Origin: an uncultured Nitrospiraceae bacterium
GTDB lineage: Bacteria > Nitrospirota > Thermodesulfovibrionia > Thermodesulfovibrionales > UBA6898
DNA length: 64,000 bases
Assembly (NCBI GenBank): GCA_963811165.1
Contig: CAWEQH010000010.1
Location: 64,001 to 128,000, forward strand
Reading direction: 5' to 3'
Position numbers and translations under genes: made by a program. The notes below the pieces were generated by a model. That model worked only from the letters and a program-made list of their open reading frames with translations. It had not been told where the DNA came from and made no database searches. This document shows positions 29,792 through 37,942 of the stretch, one piece after another; position 1 is the first letter of the stretch, and each line of letters opens with the position of its first letter.

Positions 29792-30232
29792 ATGAAAAAG
29801 ATATTTGTATTATCCACAGTAGTTGTCTTTACCGTAGTTCTGATGCTTTCCATCGGGGGCCAATTCTCGCAGGCGGCAGAAAAGATGATGCACAAGGACA
29901 TGATGATGAAAGACGGCGACATGATGATGGAAAAAGGCCAGATGATGATGGACAAGGGCAAAATGATGAAGGAAGGCACGATGGACAAGGACACGATGAT
30001 GAAGGAAGGCGATACAATGATGCAAGAAGGCCAAACGATGATGGATAAGGGCAAGGAAATGAAGGACAAGAAAATGATGAAAAGCGGAAAGATGATGATG
30101 AAGGATGGGAAGATGATGAAGGAAGGCAAAATGGATAAGAAGAAGATGATGAAAGAAGGCGACATGATGATGAAAGAGGGCGAAATGATGATGGATAAAA
30201 GCAAGAAGATGAAGGAAGGCATGATGAAATAA
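29792..30232 (+). CDS. Exported methionine-rich repeat protein
   Basis: AAGGAGG RBS, signal peptide, 40 Met in ~117 mature residues with MMMxxGx periodicity. Confidence 0.88.
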   Translation: MKKIFVLSTVVVFTVVLMLSIGGQFSQAAEKMMHKDMMMKDGDMMMEKGQMMMDKGKMMKEGTMDKDTMMKEGDTMMQEGQTMMDKGKEMKDKKMMKSGKMMMKDGKMMKEGKMDKKKMMKEGDMMMKEGEMMMDKSKKMKEGMMK

Positions 30233-30320
30233 AAGAACACGTCTCAGGCTAAAATCCTTACAAAAAGGATAAGAGCTTATGGGGAATACTGAGAAGTTCA
30301 TGAGTAAGACAGTACACTCT

Positions 30321-30402
30321 GTTATTCCTGCTTGTCGGGAGTCCTCCTGGCTTTTGTGAATCAGCCGGGCGGCAAGAATGGTTCCGGACAAGCAGGGATG
30401 AC
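30321..30402. repeat. Degenerate palindromic element, copy 2
   Basis: GTTATTCCTGCTTGTCGGGA...TTCCGGACAAGCAGGGATGAC. Confidence 0.6.
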
Positions 30403-30465
30403 AAAATGGATACAATCATGTCGCCTTGCCGATGACCGCGACGCCGTTAGAGAGGAGGATATGTC

Positions 30466-31023
30466 ATGAAAAACTCACCCTTATTCCCGGGGCTTCTGCT
30501 GACCGGGCTAATCATTGGAAGCATGGTATTTTCGTGCAGTTCAGGAAAGTCGGCTGGAACCGACAAAGCAGCAGCGCCGGCGCAGATCAGGGTCTATTCC
30601 GCTGAAAAAGGGGGCTATGTCATGAGCGAAACTGTTGTTAAAACCAAAGAAGAGTGGAAAAAACTGTTAACACCCGAACAGTACTACATCCTGCGGGAGA
30701 AGGGGACTGAACGCGCCTATAGCGGAAAATACGCCGACAATCACGAGCATGGCATCTACCGCTGCGCAGCCTGCGGGCTCGACCTGTACAGATCTGAAGA
30801 CAAATACGAGTCGGGTACCGGCTGGCCGAGCTTTACGGCTCCGATCGCTCCTGAGAACATCATTACCAGACCGGATGATAGCTTTTTCACTCATCGCACA
30901 GAAGTGCTCTGTCGCCGCTGCAGCGGCCATCTCGGCCACGTCTTTAACGATGGCCCGAAACCGACCGGGCTTCGCTACTGCATGAATTCAGCTGCCCTGC
31001 AATTCGTGGCAACCAATAAATAG
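30466..31023 (+). CDS. msrB: Peptide-methionine (R)-S-oxide reductase with a lipoprotein-type N-terminus
   Basis: GTERAY, CAAC, SGTGWPSF, CRRC, HLGHVFNDGP, RYCMNS; VFSC lipobox-like. Confidence 0.95.
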   Translation: MKNSPLFPGLLLTGLIIGSMVFSCSSGKSAGTDKAAAPAQIRVYSAEKGGYVMSETVVKTKEEWKKLLTPEQYYILREKGTERAYSGKYADNHEHGIYRCAACGLDLYRSEDKYESGTGWPSFTAPIAPENIITRPDDSFFTHRTEVLCRRCSGHLGHVFNDGPKPTGLRYCMNSAALQFVATNK

Positions 31024-31045
31024 GCCAGTATGGGGAGGAGATGCA

Positions 31046-31654
31046 ATGAAAATGCTTATTATCGCGATAACGGCACTGTCAGTCATACTCATCGCATTCA
31101 GCACGGTCATGGCTGCAACTAATCTTGAGAAAGCGACCTTCGCAGGCGGCTGCTTCTGGTGTATGGAGCACCCATTCGATGAGATTCCCGGCGTGGTTTC
31201 CGTCACATCCGGTTACACCGGAGGGCAGAAAAAGAATCCCACCTACGAAGAAGTCTCGGCCGGAGGGACAGGGCACGCCGAGTCGGTTGAGGTCGTCTAT
31301 GACCCGGCAAAGGTGACCTATGAGAAGCTGCTGAACGTCTTTTGGCACAACATCGACCCGACCACTAAGGACCGGCAATTCTGCGATTCCGGGCATCAGT
31401 ATCGAAGCGCAATCTTCTATCATAATGAGGAACAGCATAGGTTGGCGCTGCAGTCGAAGGCGCTGTTGGAAAAGAACAAGACCTTCAAAGAACCCGTCGT
31501 TACCGAGATTGTACAGGCCACAGAGTTCTACCCGGCCGAGGATTACCACCAGCACTATTATAAGAAAAATCCGATCCGTTACAAATTCTACCGTTTCAAC
31601 TGCGGTCGCGACAAGCGGCTCAAGGAACTGTGGGGTAGTGAGGCGGGTCATTGA
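31046..31654 (+). CDS. msrA: Peptide-methionine (S)-S-oxide reductase with a signal peptide
   Basis: ATFAGGCFWC, NPTYEEV, GHAE, QYRSAIF, AEDYHQHYY. Confidence 0.95.
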   Translation: MKMLIIAITALSVILIAFSTVMAATNLEKATFAGGCFWCMEHPFDEIPGVVSVTSGYTGGQKKNPTYEEVSAGGTGHAESVEVVYDPAKVTYEKLLNVFWHNIDPTTKDRQFCDSGHQYRSAIFYHNEEQHRLALQSKALLEKNKTFKEPVVTEIVQATEFYPAEDYHQHYYKKNPIRYKFYRFNCGRDKRLKELWGSEAGH

Positions 31655-31688
31655 TTCCAATGAACAGCTCTCCTGTCCGGCGTGAGGC

Positions 31689-32396
31689 TTGATGACTAAG
31701 AACATTGCAAAAAGGATAGCTGTTGTAGCCATCGTGGTCGGATTCGTAGCGCTCTTTAAGGTCCTTGGACTTGGACAGTATCTTACTCTCTCTTACGTCA
31801 AAGCGTCTCAGGCAAAATTGGCTGCCCTCTATGCAGATCACCGGCTCACGGTGATCGCCGCTTATATGATAATCTATATCCTTGTGACATCGTTATCGTT
31901 GCCTGGAGCGGCGGTAATGACCCTTGCGGGTGGAGCGCTTTTCGGATTGGGTATAGGGACCCTCGTCGTGTCTTTTGCGAGCACAATCGGCGCGACGTTG
32001 GCCTGTTCTGTTTCGAGGTTCCTGTTGAGAGATTGGGTGCAGGCCAAATTTGGTGACAAACTCTCGGCAGTCAACGAAGGGATAGAAAAGGAAGGGGCCT
32101 TCTATCTGTTCACCCTGCGGCTGATTCCTGTATTTCCCTTCTTTGTTATCAACTTAGTCATGGGACTTACAAAGATGCCGCTTAGAACCTTCTACTGGGT
32201 TTCGCAGGTCGGCATGCTGGCCGGTACTGTAGTCTATGTTAATGCCGGCAAAGAACTGGCAAAGATCAGTTCTATTTCAGGGATACTTTCACCCGGGCTG
32301 ATTTTATCTTTCGTAATGCTCGGGTTGTTCCCTATTGCGACAAAGAAATTGTTGTCTTTATACAAAGCAAAGAAGGCAAGCTCTGATAATGGGTAA
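31689..32396 (+). CDS. TVP38/TMEM64 (DedA-family) membrane protein
   Basis: SLPGAAVMTLAGGALFG, LRLIPVFPFFVIN. Confidence 0.9.
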   Translation: MMTKNIAKRIAVVAIVVGFVALFKVLGLGQYLTLSYVKASQAKLAALYADHRLTVIAAYMIIYILVTSLSLPGAAVMTLAGGALFGLGIGTLVVSFASTIGATLACSVSRFLLRDWVQAKFGDKLSAVNEGIEKEGAFYLFTLRLIPVFPFFVINLVMGLTKMPLRTFYWVSQVGMLAGTVVYVNAGKELAKISSISGILSPGLILSFVMLGLFPIATKKLLSLYKAKKASSDNG

Positions 32397-32420
32397 AGCG
32401 CGCTAAGCGAGGAGGGTAAT

Positions 32421-33884
32421 ATGGCAAATTTTGACTTTGACATAGGGATACTTGGGGGCGGCTCGGGAGGGCTCACCGTTGCGGCCGGAGCGGCCCAACT
32501 CGGGGCAAAAACACTCCTTATCGATAGGGAAAACAAACTGGGCGGCGATTGTCTCCATTATGGATGCGTTCCGAGCAAGACGCTCATAATGACCTCCCGC
32601 GTCCGGCATCTCATGAAAAGAGCGGGGCACTTTGGCCTGCGGGAGCTCGATCTCCCGCCTGTGGACTTCAGAGATGTGGCGAAGAGAATTCAGCATGTCA
32701 TAGGTATTATCCAAAAGCATGATTCCGAGGAGCGGTTTTGTAAACTCGGCGCCAAAGTGGAATTCGGAGAATCGACCTTCACCGATGAACATTCCATTCG
32801 TCTGAATGGAAAAACCTATTCAGCAAAGAACTGGGTCATCGCAACGGGCTCTTCCCCTTCAGTTCCACCGATAAAGGGGTTGGACAAGACCCCTTATGTC
32901 ACCAATAGACAGATATTCTCTCTGGAAAAACTCCCGAAATCCATGATCATCTTGGGCGGCGGCCCTATTGGAATCGAGATGGCACAGGCCTTCGCCCGCC
33001 TTGGAACAAAGGCTACGGTAATCCAGCGTCCCCAACAGATTCTTCATAAAGAAGACAAGGATATGGCGGATCTGGTGATGAATGTGTTAAGCGAAGAGGG
33101 CGTGACCTTTTATCTGAAGGCCTCTATTGAAAGCACACAGGATTTGGGCAGCGAACGGGAGGTAGTCATCAAGACTGCCGAAGGCACTGCGGTTGCTCTC
33201 CGCGCCGAAACCATTCTCGTTGCAATTGGAAGAGAAGCCAATGTGGAAGGTTTAGGGCTGAAAGAAATCGGCGTAGATTTCGATAAAAGAGGCATTAAGG
33301 TCGACGACCGCATGATGACTAACCATAAGCACATTTATGCGATCGGCGACGTCAATGGCAAATACCTCTTTACCCATGCCGCCGGATATGAGGGAAGCAT
33401 TGTCGTCAACAACGCCATCTTCCACCTGCCCAGAAAGGCTGATTTCACCAACCTGCCTTGGTGTACCTATACCGATCCCGAACTGGCAAACATCGGCATG
33501 AATGAAGCCATGGCAAAAGCTGCCGGGATAGAATATTCAGCCTGGACTGAGGAGTTCGGGGCGAACGACCGGAGCCTTGCAGAGGGCGAAGAGGTGGGGA
33601 GGATCAAAATGCTCCTTGACGAAAAGGAAAAACCCATAGGTGTGCAGATCCTCGGTCCCCATGCGGGAGAACTGATAAGCGAATGGGTGGCGGTAATGAA
33701 TGGTAATGTCAAACTTTCGACCCTGGCGGGCAGCGTTCATCCCTATCCGACACTCGGCGAGATAAACAAGAAGGTTGTCGGGTCTTTCTTTTCCCAGAAA
33801 ATCTTTTCGGAGAAGGTCAAAAAGACTCTGAAATTCTTCTTCAGTTTAAAAGGCAGGGCATGTGGAGAGAAAGTATCTGAATAA
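32421..33884 (+). CDS. FAD-dependent pyridine nucleotide-disulfide oxidoreductase (LpdA/MerA-like)
   Basis: GGGSGG, GGDCLHYGCVPSK redox disulfide, GGGPIG, HPYPTLGE. Confidence 0.9.
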   Translation: MANFDFDIGILGGGSGGLTVAAGAAQLGAKTLLIDRENKLGGDCLHYGCVPSKTLIMTSRVRHLMKRAGHFGLRELDLPPVDFRDVAKRIQHVIGIIQKHDSEERFCKLGAKVEFGESTFTDEHSIRLNGKTYSAKNWVIATGSSPSVPPIKGLDKTPYVTNRQIFSLEKLPKSMIILGGGPIGIEMAQAFARLGTKATVIQRPQQILHKEDKDMADLVMNVLSEEGVTFYLKASIESTQDLGSEREVVIKTAEGTAVALRAETILVAIGREANVEGLGLKEIGVDFDKRGIKVDDRMMTNHKHIYAIGDVNGKYLFTHAAGYEGSIVVNNAIFHLPRKADFTNLPWCTYTDPELANIGMNEAMAKAAGIEYSAWTEEFGANDRSLAEGEEVGRIKMLLDEKEKPIGVQILGPHAGELISEWVAVMNGNVKLSTLAGSVHPYPTLGEINKKVVGSFFSQKIFSEKVKKTLKFFFSLKGRACGEKVSE

Positions 33885-33918
33885 ATTTCAGGCACACATA
33901 ATTCATTCTTAAGGAGGT

Positions 33919-34920
33919 ATGATAGTTTTGATAAATGACATCATCAGAAAATCTCTAGACGGCACAACACTTATGAAAGAAGAGATTGCTTCATTATTTG
34001 AGGTTCCCCTCTTTTCTGAGGAATCAGCAACGATTATCGCGGCATCAAGAAGAAAAAGTGAATCAGCGAGCGAGGGCTTCGCAGAAGTTCATGCACAGGT
34101 CGGATTAAATATAGCGCCATGCCCTAAAAATTGTGCTTTCTGTTCTTTTGCGGCAAGGAATAAGATTTTTACGGAACGAAATGAAATTTCGCGCGAGGAG
34201 GCAGTTAAAAAAGCCCAACAATTTGAAACTGATGGAGCTAATGCTATTTTTATTATGAGCACTGCGGATTATCCATTTGAAAAGTTCATGGATATCTCCA
34301 AGGAGATTAGAAAATCCCTCCGTCCGGAAACGATATTGGTTGCAAATGTCGGAGATTTTTCAAAAGGGCAAGCGAGAAAGCTAAAAGAGACCGGCTTTTC
34401 GGGCATTTATCATGCAGTCCGTTTAGGCGAAGGGAGAGACACCACCATTCAGACGGAAACAAGATTGGAAACCTTCAAGAATGCAAGAGAAGCCGGCCTC
34501 TTATTAGGCACGTGTGTGGAGCCGGTTGGGAATGAACATACCGTCGGTGAATTGGTAGAGAAAACAATCATAACCCGTGATGCAAGACCTGTATACAGCG
34601 GCTCGGCAAGACGCATTCCTATCCCAAATACCAAAATGGCGGAATACGGAATAGTAAGTGAAGCAAAGATGGCACATATTCTTGCCGTCGTCAGATTAGC
34701 ACTTGATTTTGCGATACCGGGCAATTGCACTCATGAGCCAAATGTAATAGGTGCGGCTGCAGGGTCGAATCTATTGTGGGCTGAGGCCGGCGCAAATCCT
34801 CGTGATACAGAGGAGGAGACAGAAGGAAAGCGAGGAATGACGGTAAAAGACTGCGTAAGGGTTTTAGAGGAAGCTGAATGGAAGGTATTACAAGGACCAT
34901 CAAAATTTTATGGTTCATAG
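33919..34920 (+). CDS. Radical SAM protein (biotin-synthase-like subgroup, function unknown)
   Basis: CPKNCAFC motif, YHAVRLGEG, CTHEP. Confidence 0.8.
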   Translation: MIVLINDIIRKSLDGTTLMKEEIASLFEVPLFSEESATIIAASRRKSESASEGFAEVHAQVGLNIAPCPKNCAFCSFAARNKIFTERNEISREEAVKKAQQFETDGANAIFIMSTADYPFEKFMDISKEIRKSLRPETILVANVGDFSKGQARKLKETGFSGIYHAVRLGEGRDTTIQTETRLETFKNAREAGLLLGTCVEPVGNEHTVGELVEKTIITRDARPVYSGSARRIPIPNTKMAEYGIVSEAKMAHILAVVRLALDFAIPGNCTHEPNVIGAAAGSNLLWAEAGANPRDTEEETEGKRGMTVKDCVRVLEEAEWKVLQGPSKFYGS

Positions 34921-35044
34921 ATTTGTCAAAAAAGTATATGATAGCCATAAAGACTCCAGGAAGTTTAAAAATAGATGAAAAGAAATTGAAGTGTTAGTGA
35001 AATTTTTCGGCAGGTGCTAACTCAATAAGACCAAAAGGAAAAAC

Positions 35045-35120
35045 TGGAGCCGAGAAACGGATTCGAACCGTCGACCTGCTGATTACGAATCAGCTGCTCT
35101 ACCAGCTGAGCTATCTCGGC
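35045..35120 (-). tRNA. tRNA-Thr(CGT)
   Basis: GCCGAGA acceptor stem, anticodon arm CTGAT-TCGTAAT-CAG, GGTTCGAATCC T-arm, CCA end. Confidence 0.96.
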
Positions 35121-35277
35121 GCCCCCGATATTCTATCAGAAATGAAAAAAATATTTCTGCCTTCGGGGCGGTCCGGGACAAAAAAGTTCCGCCGTGCAAA
35201 AAAAACGGTGGAACTTTTTTTTATTTATATCAGCGCCGCGAGCCCTGTCCCGAAAGACGACACGCCAGGCAGTGATT

Positions 35278-37356
35278 TCAGTACCCCTCAAATCCTCCAT
35301 CCGAAGGCTCTCCATCCCCGGATCTTGCCACGCTCTGTGGTGCGGCATGGTTGTTGTTTCCGAAGGCCGGGTTCCGACGCGGCCTGGAAATGTTTTTGTC
35401 CTTCCTTGGATGATAGGACTTCAGCGCCGGTATTTCGTCCGCCTCTTTTCTTCTGACGTTGTCCGGTTCCGTATCTCCCAGCTTAAAGAATGAGATGATC
35501 TCTTTGAGTCCCCTTGCCTGGGACGCCAGCTCGTCCGCAGCGGTTGCAGTATCATCGATGAAGGACGCATTCATCTGCGTCGTCTGGTCGATCTGTGTCA
35601 TCGCCGTCGTGATTTGGCTTATCCCCGATGTCTGTTCCTCTGCTGCCGCTGCAACCTCGTCCATGAGGTCTGAGACCCTCTTGACTCCGCCGGCAATCTC
35701 CTCAAGTTTAACATCGAGCTCCCGCGAAAGTCGGACTCCCCTCTCTGTCTTGCCGAGGCTGTCTTCGATGAGGGCGGTGATCTCCTTGGCCGACTGTGAT
35801 GCCCTTTGTGCGAGGCTTCGTATTTCCGTCGCTACGACGGCGAAGCCTTTGCCGTGCTCTCCTGCCCTGGCCGCTTCCACAGCGGCGTTGAGTGCCAGGA
35901 GGTTCGTCTGGAAGGCTATCTCCTCGATCACGCCGGAGATGCTGGCTATCTTGCCGGAGGATTTGTTTATCTCGTCCATCGCTTTTATCGCCTCGGACAT
36001 GACAGTCGCTCCGGAATCGGCGAGGGTCTTGGTCGAAAGCGCCAGCGTGCTCGCTTCCTTTACGTTTTCAGCGGTCTGTTTGACTGTTGCGGACATCTCC
36101 TCCATCGTCGTCGATGTCTCCTCCAAAGAGGCTGCCTGTTCTGCGACGCGGGCTGAAAAATCCTGGTTCGCCGCAGCAATCTGGTCTGCCGCGGAGGAGA
36201 CGCCGTATGAGGCGTCCCTGGTATGGGTGATTATGTTACGCAGATTACGGCCGATTTCATTGATAGCCGAAATCAATTGGCCGGTCTCGTCGTCTGAAGA
36301 GACGTTGATGTCGACATTCATATTGCCCTTTGAGAGATGGTCTGCTGCTCCTATAGTAGTTTTTATCGGCATAAGGATTTTTCTTTCAATCAAGAGGACA
36401 AGGGAAGCCGTAAGTATTCCTATGATGACAAGACCGGAGAGGATAACTATGGCCACTGCCTTGTATATTTTTCTGTCGATATCCGAGGCAGGATACGCCG
36501 CGACGACCTGAAAGCCCCAGGGCGCATAGGACTGTCTGATCAGTGTCCATCCGCCTGTTTCGAGGGTTGCCGCCTTTTCTTCCGATACGTTCGCTTTCTT
36601 AAGAAGGGCATCGATATATTCGGTTGTGACGTTCTGCGATCCGAAACGCACCTTGCCATGGTCATCGATGAGTGCCACAAACCCGTTGTCCAGTATCTTT
36701 GTCTTTGCAATCGCGTCTCCCAGTTGGGTCAATGCGGAAATCGGATACCCGACGTACCAGACGCCCACGATGTTCCCGGTCTTGTCGTGCATCGGCTCAT
36801 ACCCGGTGAGATAGGGTTTCCCTAGAATATCCACTTGGCCATAGAAGGCCTTGCTCTCCCGGATGGCAGCAATCGCCTTTCCCTGAGGATCGAGGACCGT
36901 GCCCACGGCGCGACTGCCGTCATCCTTGATGACATTTGTGGAGACGCGGACGAAGTCGCTTCCGTTTTTGACGAAAAGGGTGGCGGTGCCGCCCATGACT
37001 GACTTCACATGGTCTACCAATGAGAAGTTGTCCGCCTGCGGCTTATTGCCGAGCAGGAGACCGGGAACTTGCTGGGAGGCAACGACTACGGGCGGGCCAA
37101 GCGAAGGGGCGCCGGACGTGAGTCCTTCACTCATAAGAAGCCGGATAGAGGCATGCACCCTTTCGATCATCACGGTGTTGACGATGTCGAGACTCTGAGA
37201 GATCTGCTCGACTTTGGCGCTGATCTGTTCCTGCGCCCGCTCCCGGATCTGATTTTTTATATACCCGGAAACAGCAAAGACTGACAGGATAGTCATCACA
37301 AGAATGATGGATACCGTAGGGACGATAAATTTCCAGATCATTTTTTTATTTTTCAT
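35278..37356 (-). CDS. Methyl-accepting chemotaxis protein with Cache sensor domains
   Basis: [30 protein letters not shown], two TM helices, ATLFVK..FVRVSTN Cache motif. Confidence 0.95.
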   Translation of the reverse strand: MKNKKMIWKFIVPTVSIILVMTILSVFAVSGYIKNQIRERAQEQISAKVEQISQSLDIVNTVMIERVHASIRLLMSEGLTSGAPSLGPPVVVASQQVPGLLLGNKPQADNFSLVDHVKSVMGGTATLFVKNGSDFVRVSTNVIKDDGSRAVGTVLDPQGKAIAAIRESKAFYGQVDILGKPYLTGYEPMHDKTGNIVGVWYVGYPISALTQLGDAIAKTKILDNGFVALIDDHGKVRFGSQNVTTEYIDALLKKANVSEEKAATLETGGWTLIRQSYAPWGFQVVAAYPASDIDRKIYKAVAIVILSGLVIIGILTASLVLLIERKILMPIKTTIGAADHLSKGNMNVDINVSSDDETGQLISAINEIGRNLRNIITHTRDASYGVSSAADQIAAANQDFSARVAEQAASLEETSTTMEEMSATVKQTAENVKEASTLALSTKTLADSGATVMSEAIKAMDEINKSSGKIASISGVIEEIAFQTNLLALNAAVEAARAGEHGKGFAVVATEIRSLAQRASQSAKEITALIEDSLGKTERGVRLSRELDVKLEEIAGGVKRVSDLMDEVAAAAEEQTSGISQITTAMTQIDQTTQMNASFIDDTATAADELASQARGLKEIISFFKLGDTEPDNVRRKEADEIPALKSYHPRKDKNISRPRRNPAFGNNNHAAPQSVARSGDGEPSDGGFEGY

Positions 37357-37374
37357 GATCTCCTCCTTTATATG

Positions 37375-37929
37375 TCAGTAATTTTCTTCGGGTGCCGGCA
37401 GACCAGGTGTCACGCTCCGGTCTGACCGGTCCCCCGTGATGTTTGCCTCCGCCTGCAGAAGCGACGTCTCTTCCTGTGACAGGACCCTGTCGAGATCGAG
37501 CACGATCACAAGACGGTCATCAATATTGCCCATTCCCTTGATAAAATCCGTCCTGACGCGCTCTCCGAAGGAAGGGGGGGGAGCGATGTTCCCCTCCGCC
37601 ATGTGCAGAACGTCCGAAACGGAGTCCACGATAAGCCCCATGACGCCGCCCGAGAATTCCGTGATGATGACGCATGTATGTTTTTTGTATTCTTCCGAAT
37701 GCATGTCGAATTTCATTTTGAGGTCGATAACGGGAATGATAATGCCGCGAAGGTTTATCACCCCTCTGATGAAATCAGGCAGGTGAGGCACCTTTGTGAT
37801 GTGCGGGAGTTCGACGATCTCCCGCACCTGCTGCGCATCGACCGCATATTCCTCATGATTCAGATGAAATAGTATGTGCTGCCGATCGGGCGACCCCTGT
37901 GTCATACTTACTGTTTTCGTACCGGTCAT
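37375..37929 (-). CDS. cheW: Chemotaxis adaptor CheW
   Basis: GVINLRGIIIPVIDL, GLIVDSVSDV. Confidence 0.95.
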   Translation of the reverse strand: MTGTKTVSMTQGSPDRQHILFHLNHEEYAVDAQQVREIVELPHITKVPHLPDFIRGVINLRGIIIPVIDLKMKFDMHSEEYKKHTCVIITEFSGGVMGLIVDSVSDVLHMAEGNIAPPPSFGERVRTDFIKGMGNIDDRLVIVLDLDRVLSQEETSLLQAEANITGDRSDRSVTPGLPAPEENY

Positions 37930-37942
37930 AGAGGACCTCCTT

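Noticed and set aside
29880..30230. Repetitive DNA as a possible CRISPR or tandem array
   Set aside because: The repeats are degenerate codon-level repeats inside a CDS, with no constant repeat plus unique spacers and no cas genes.
29752..30415. Antisense ORFs rich in Ile/Phe/Ser or His (29752-30240, 29810-30415)
   Set aside because: They are mirror translations of the ATG-rich Met-repeat gene; the RBS and signal peptide support the plus strand.
32421..33884. Calling the flavoprotein mercuric reductase MerA
   Set aside because: No C-terminal Cys-Cys pair, no NmerA domain and no mer operon genes.
33919..34920. Calling the radical SAM protein biotin synthase BioB
   Set aside because: It lacks the YNHNL motif (has YHAV) and has no bio gene context.
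24900..35045. Integrative element with att sites at tRNA-Thr
   Set aside because: No integrase and no duplicated tRNA 3' end were found in the window.
35459..36511. 350-aa plus-strand ORF and similar long antisense ORFs
   Set aside because: They are shadows of well-supported opposite-strand genes (MCP, fdh, mutS and others).
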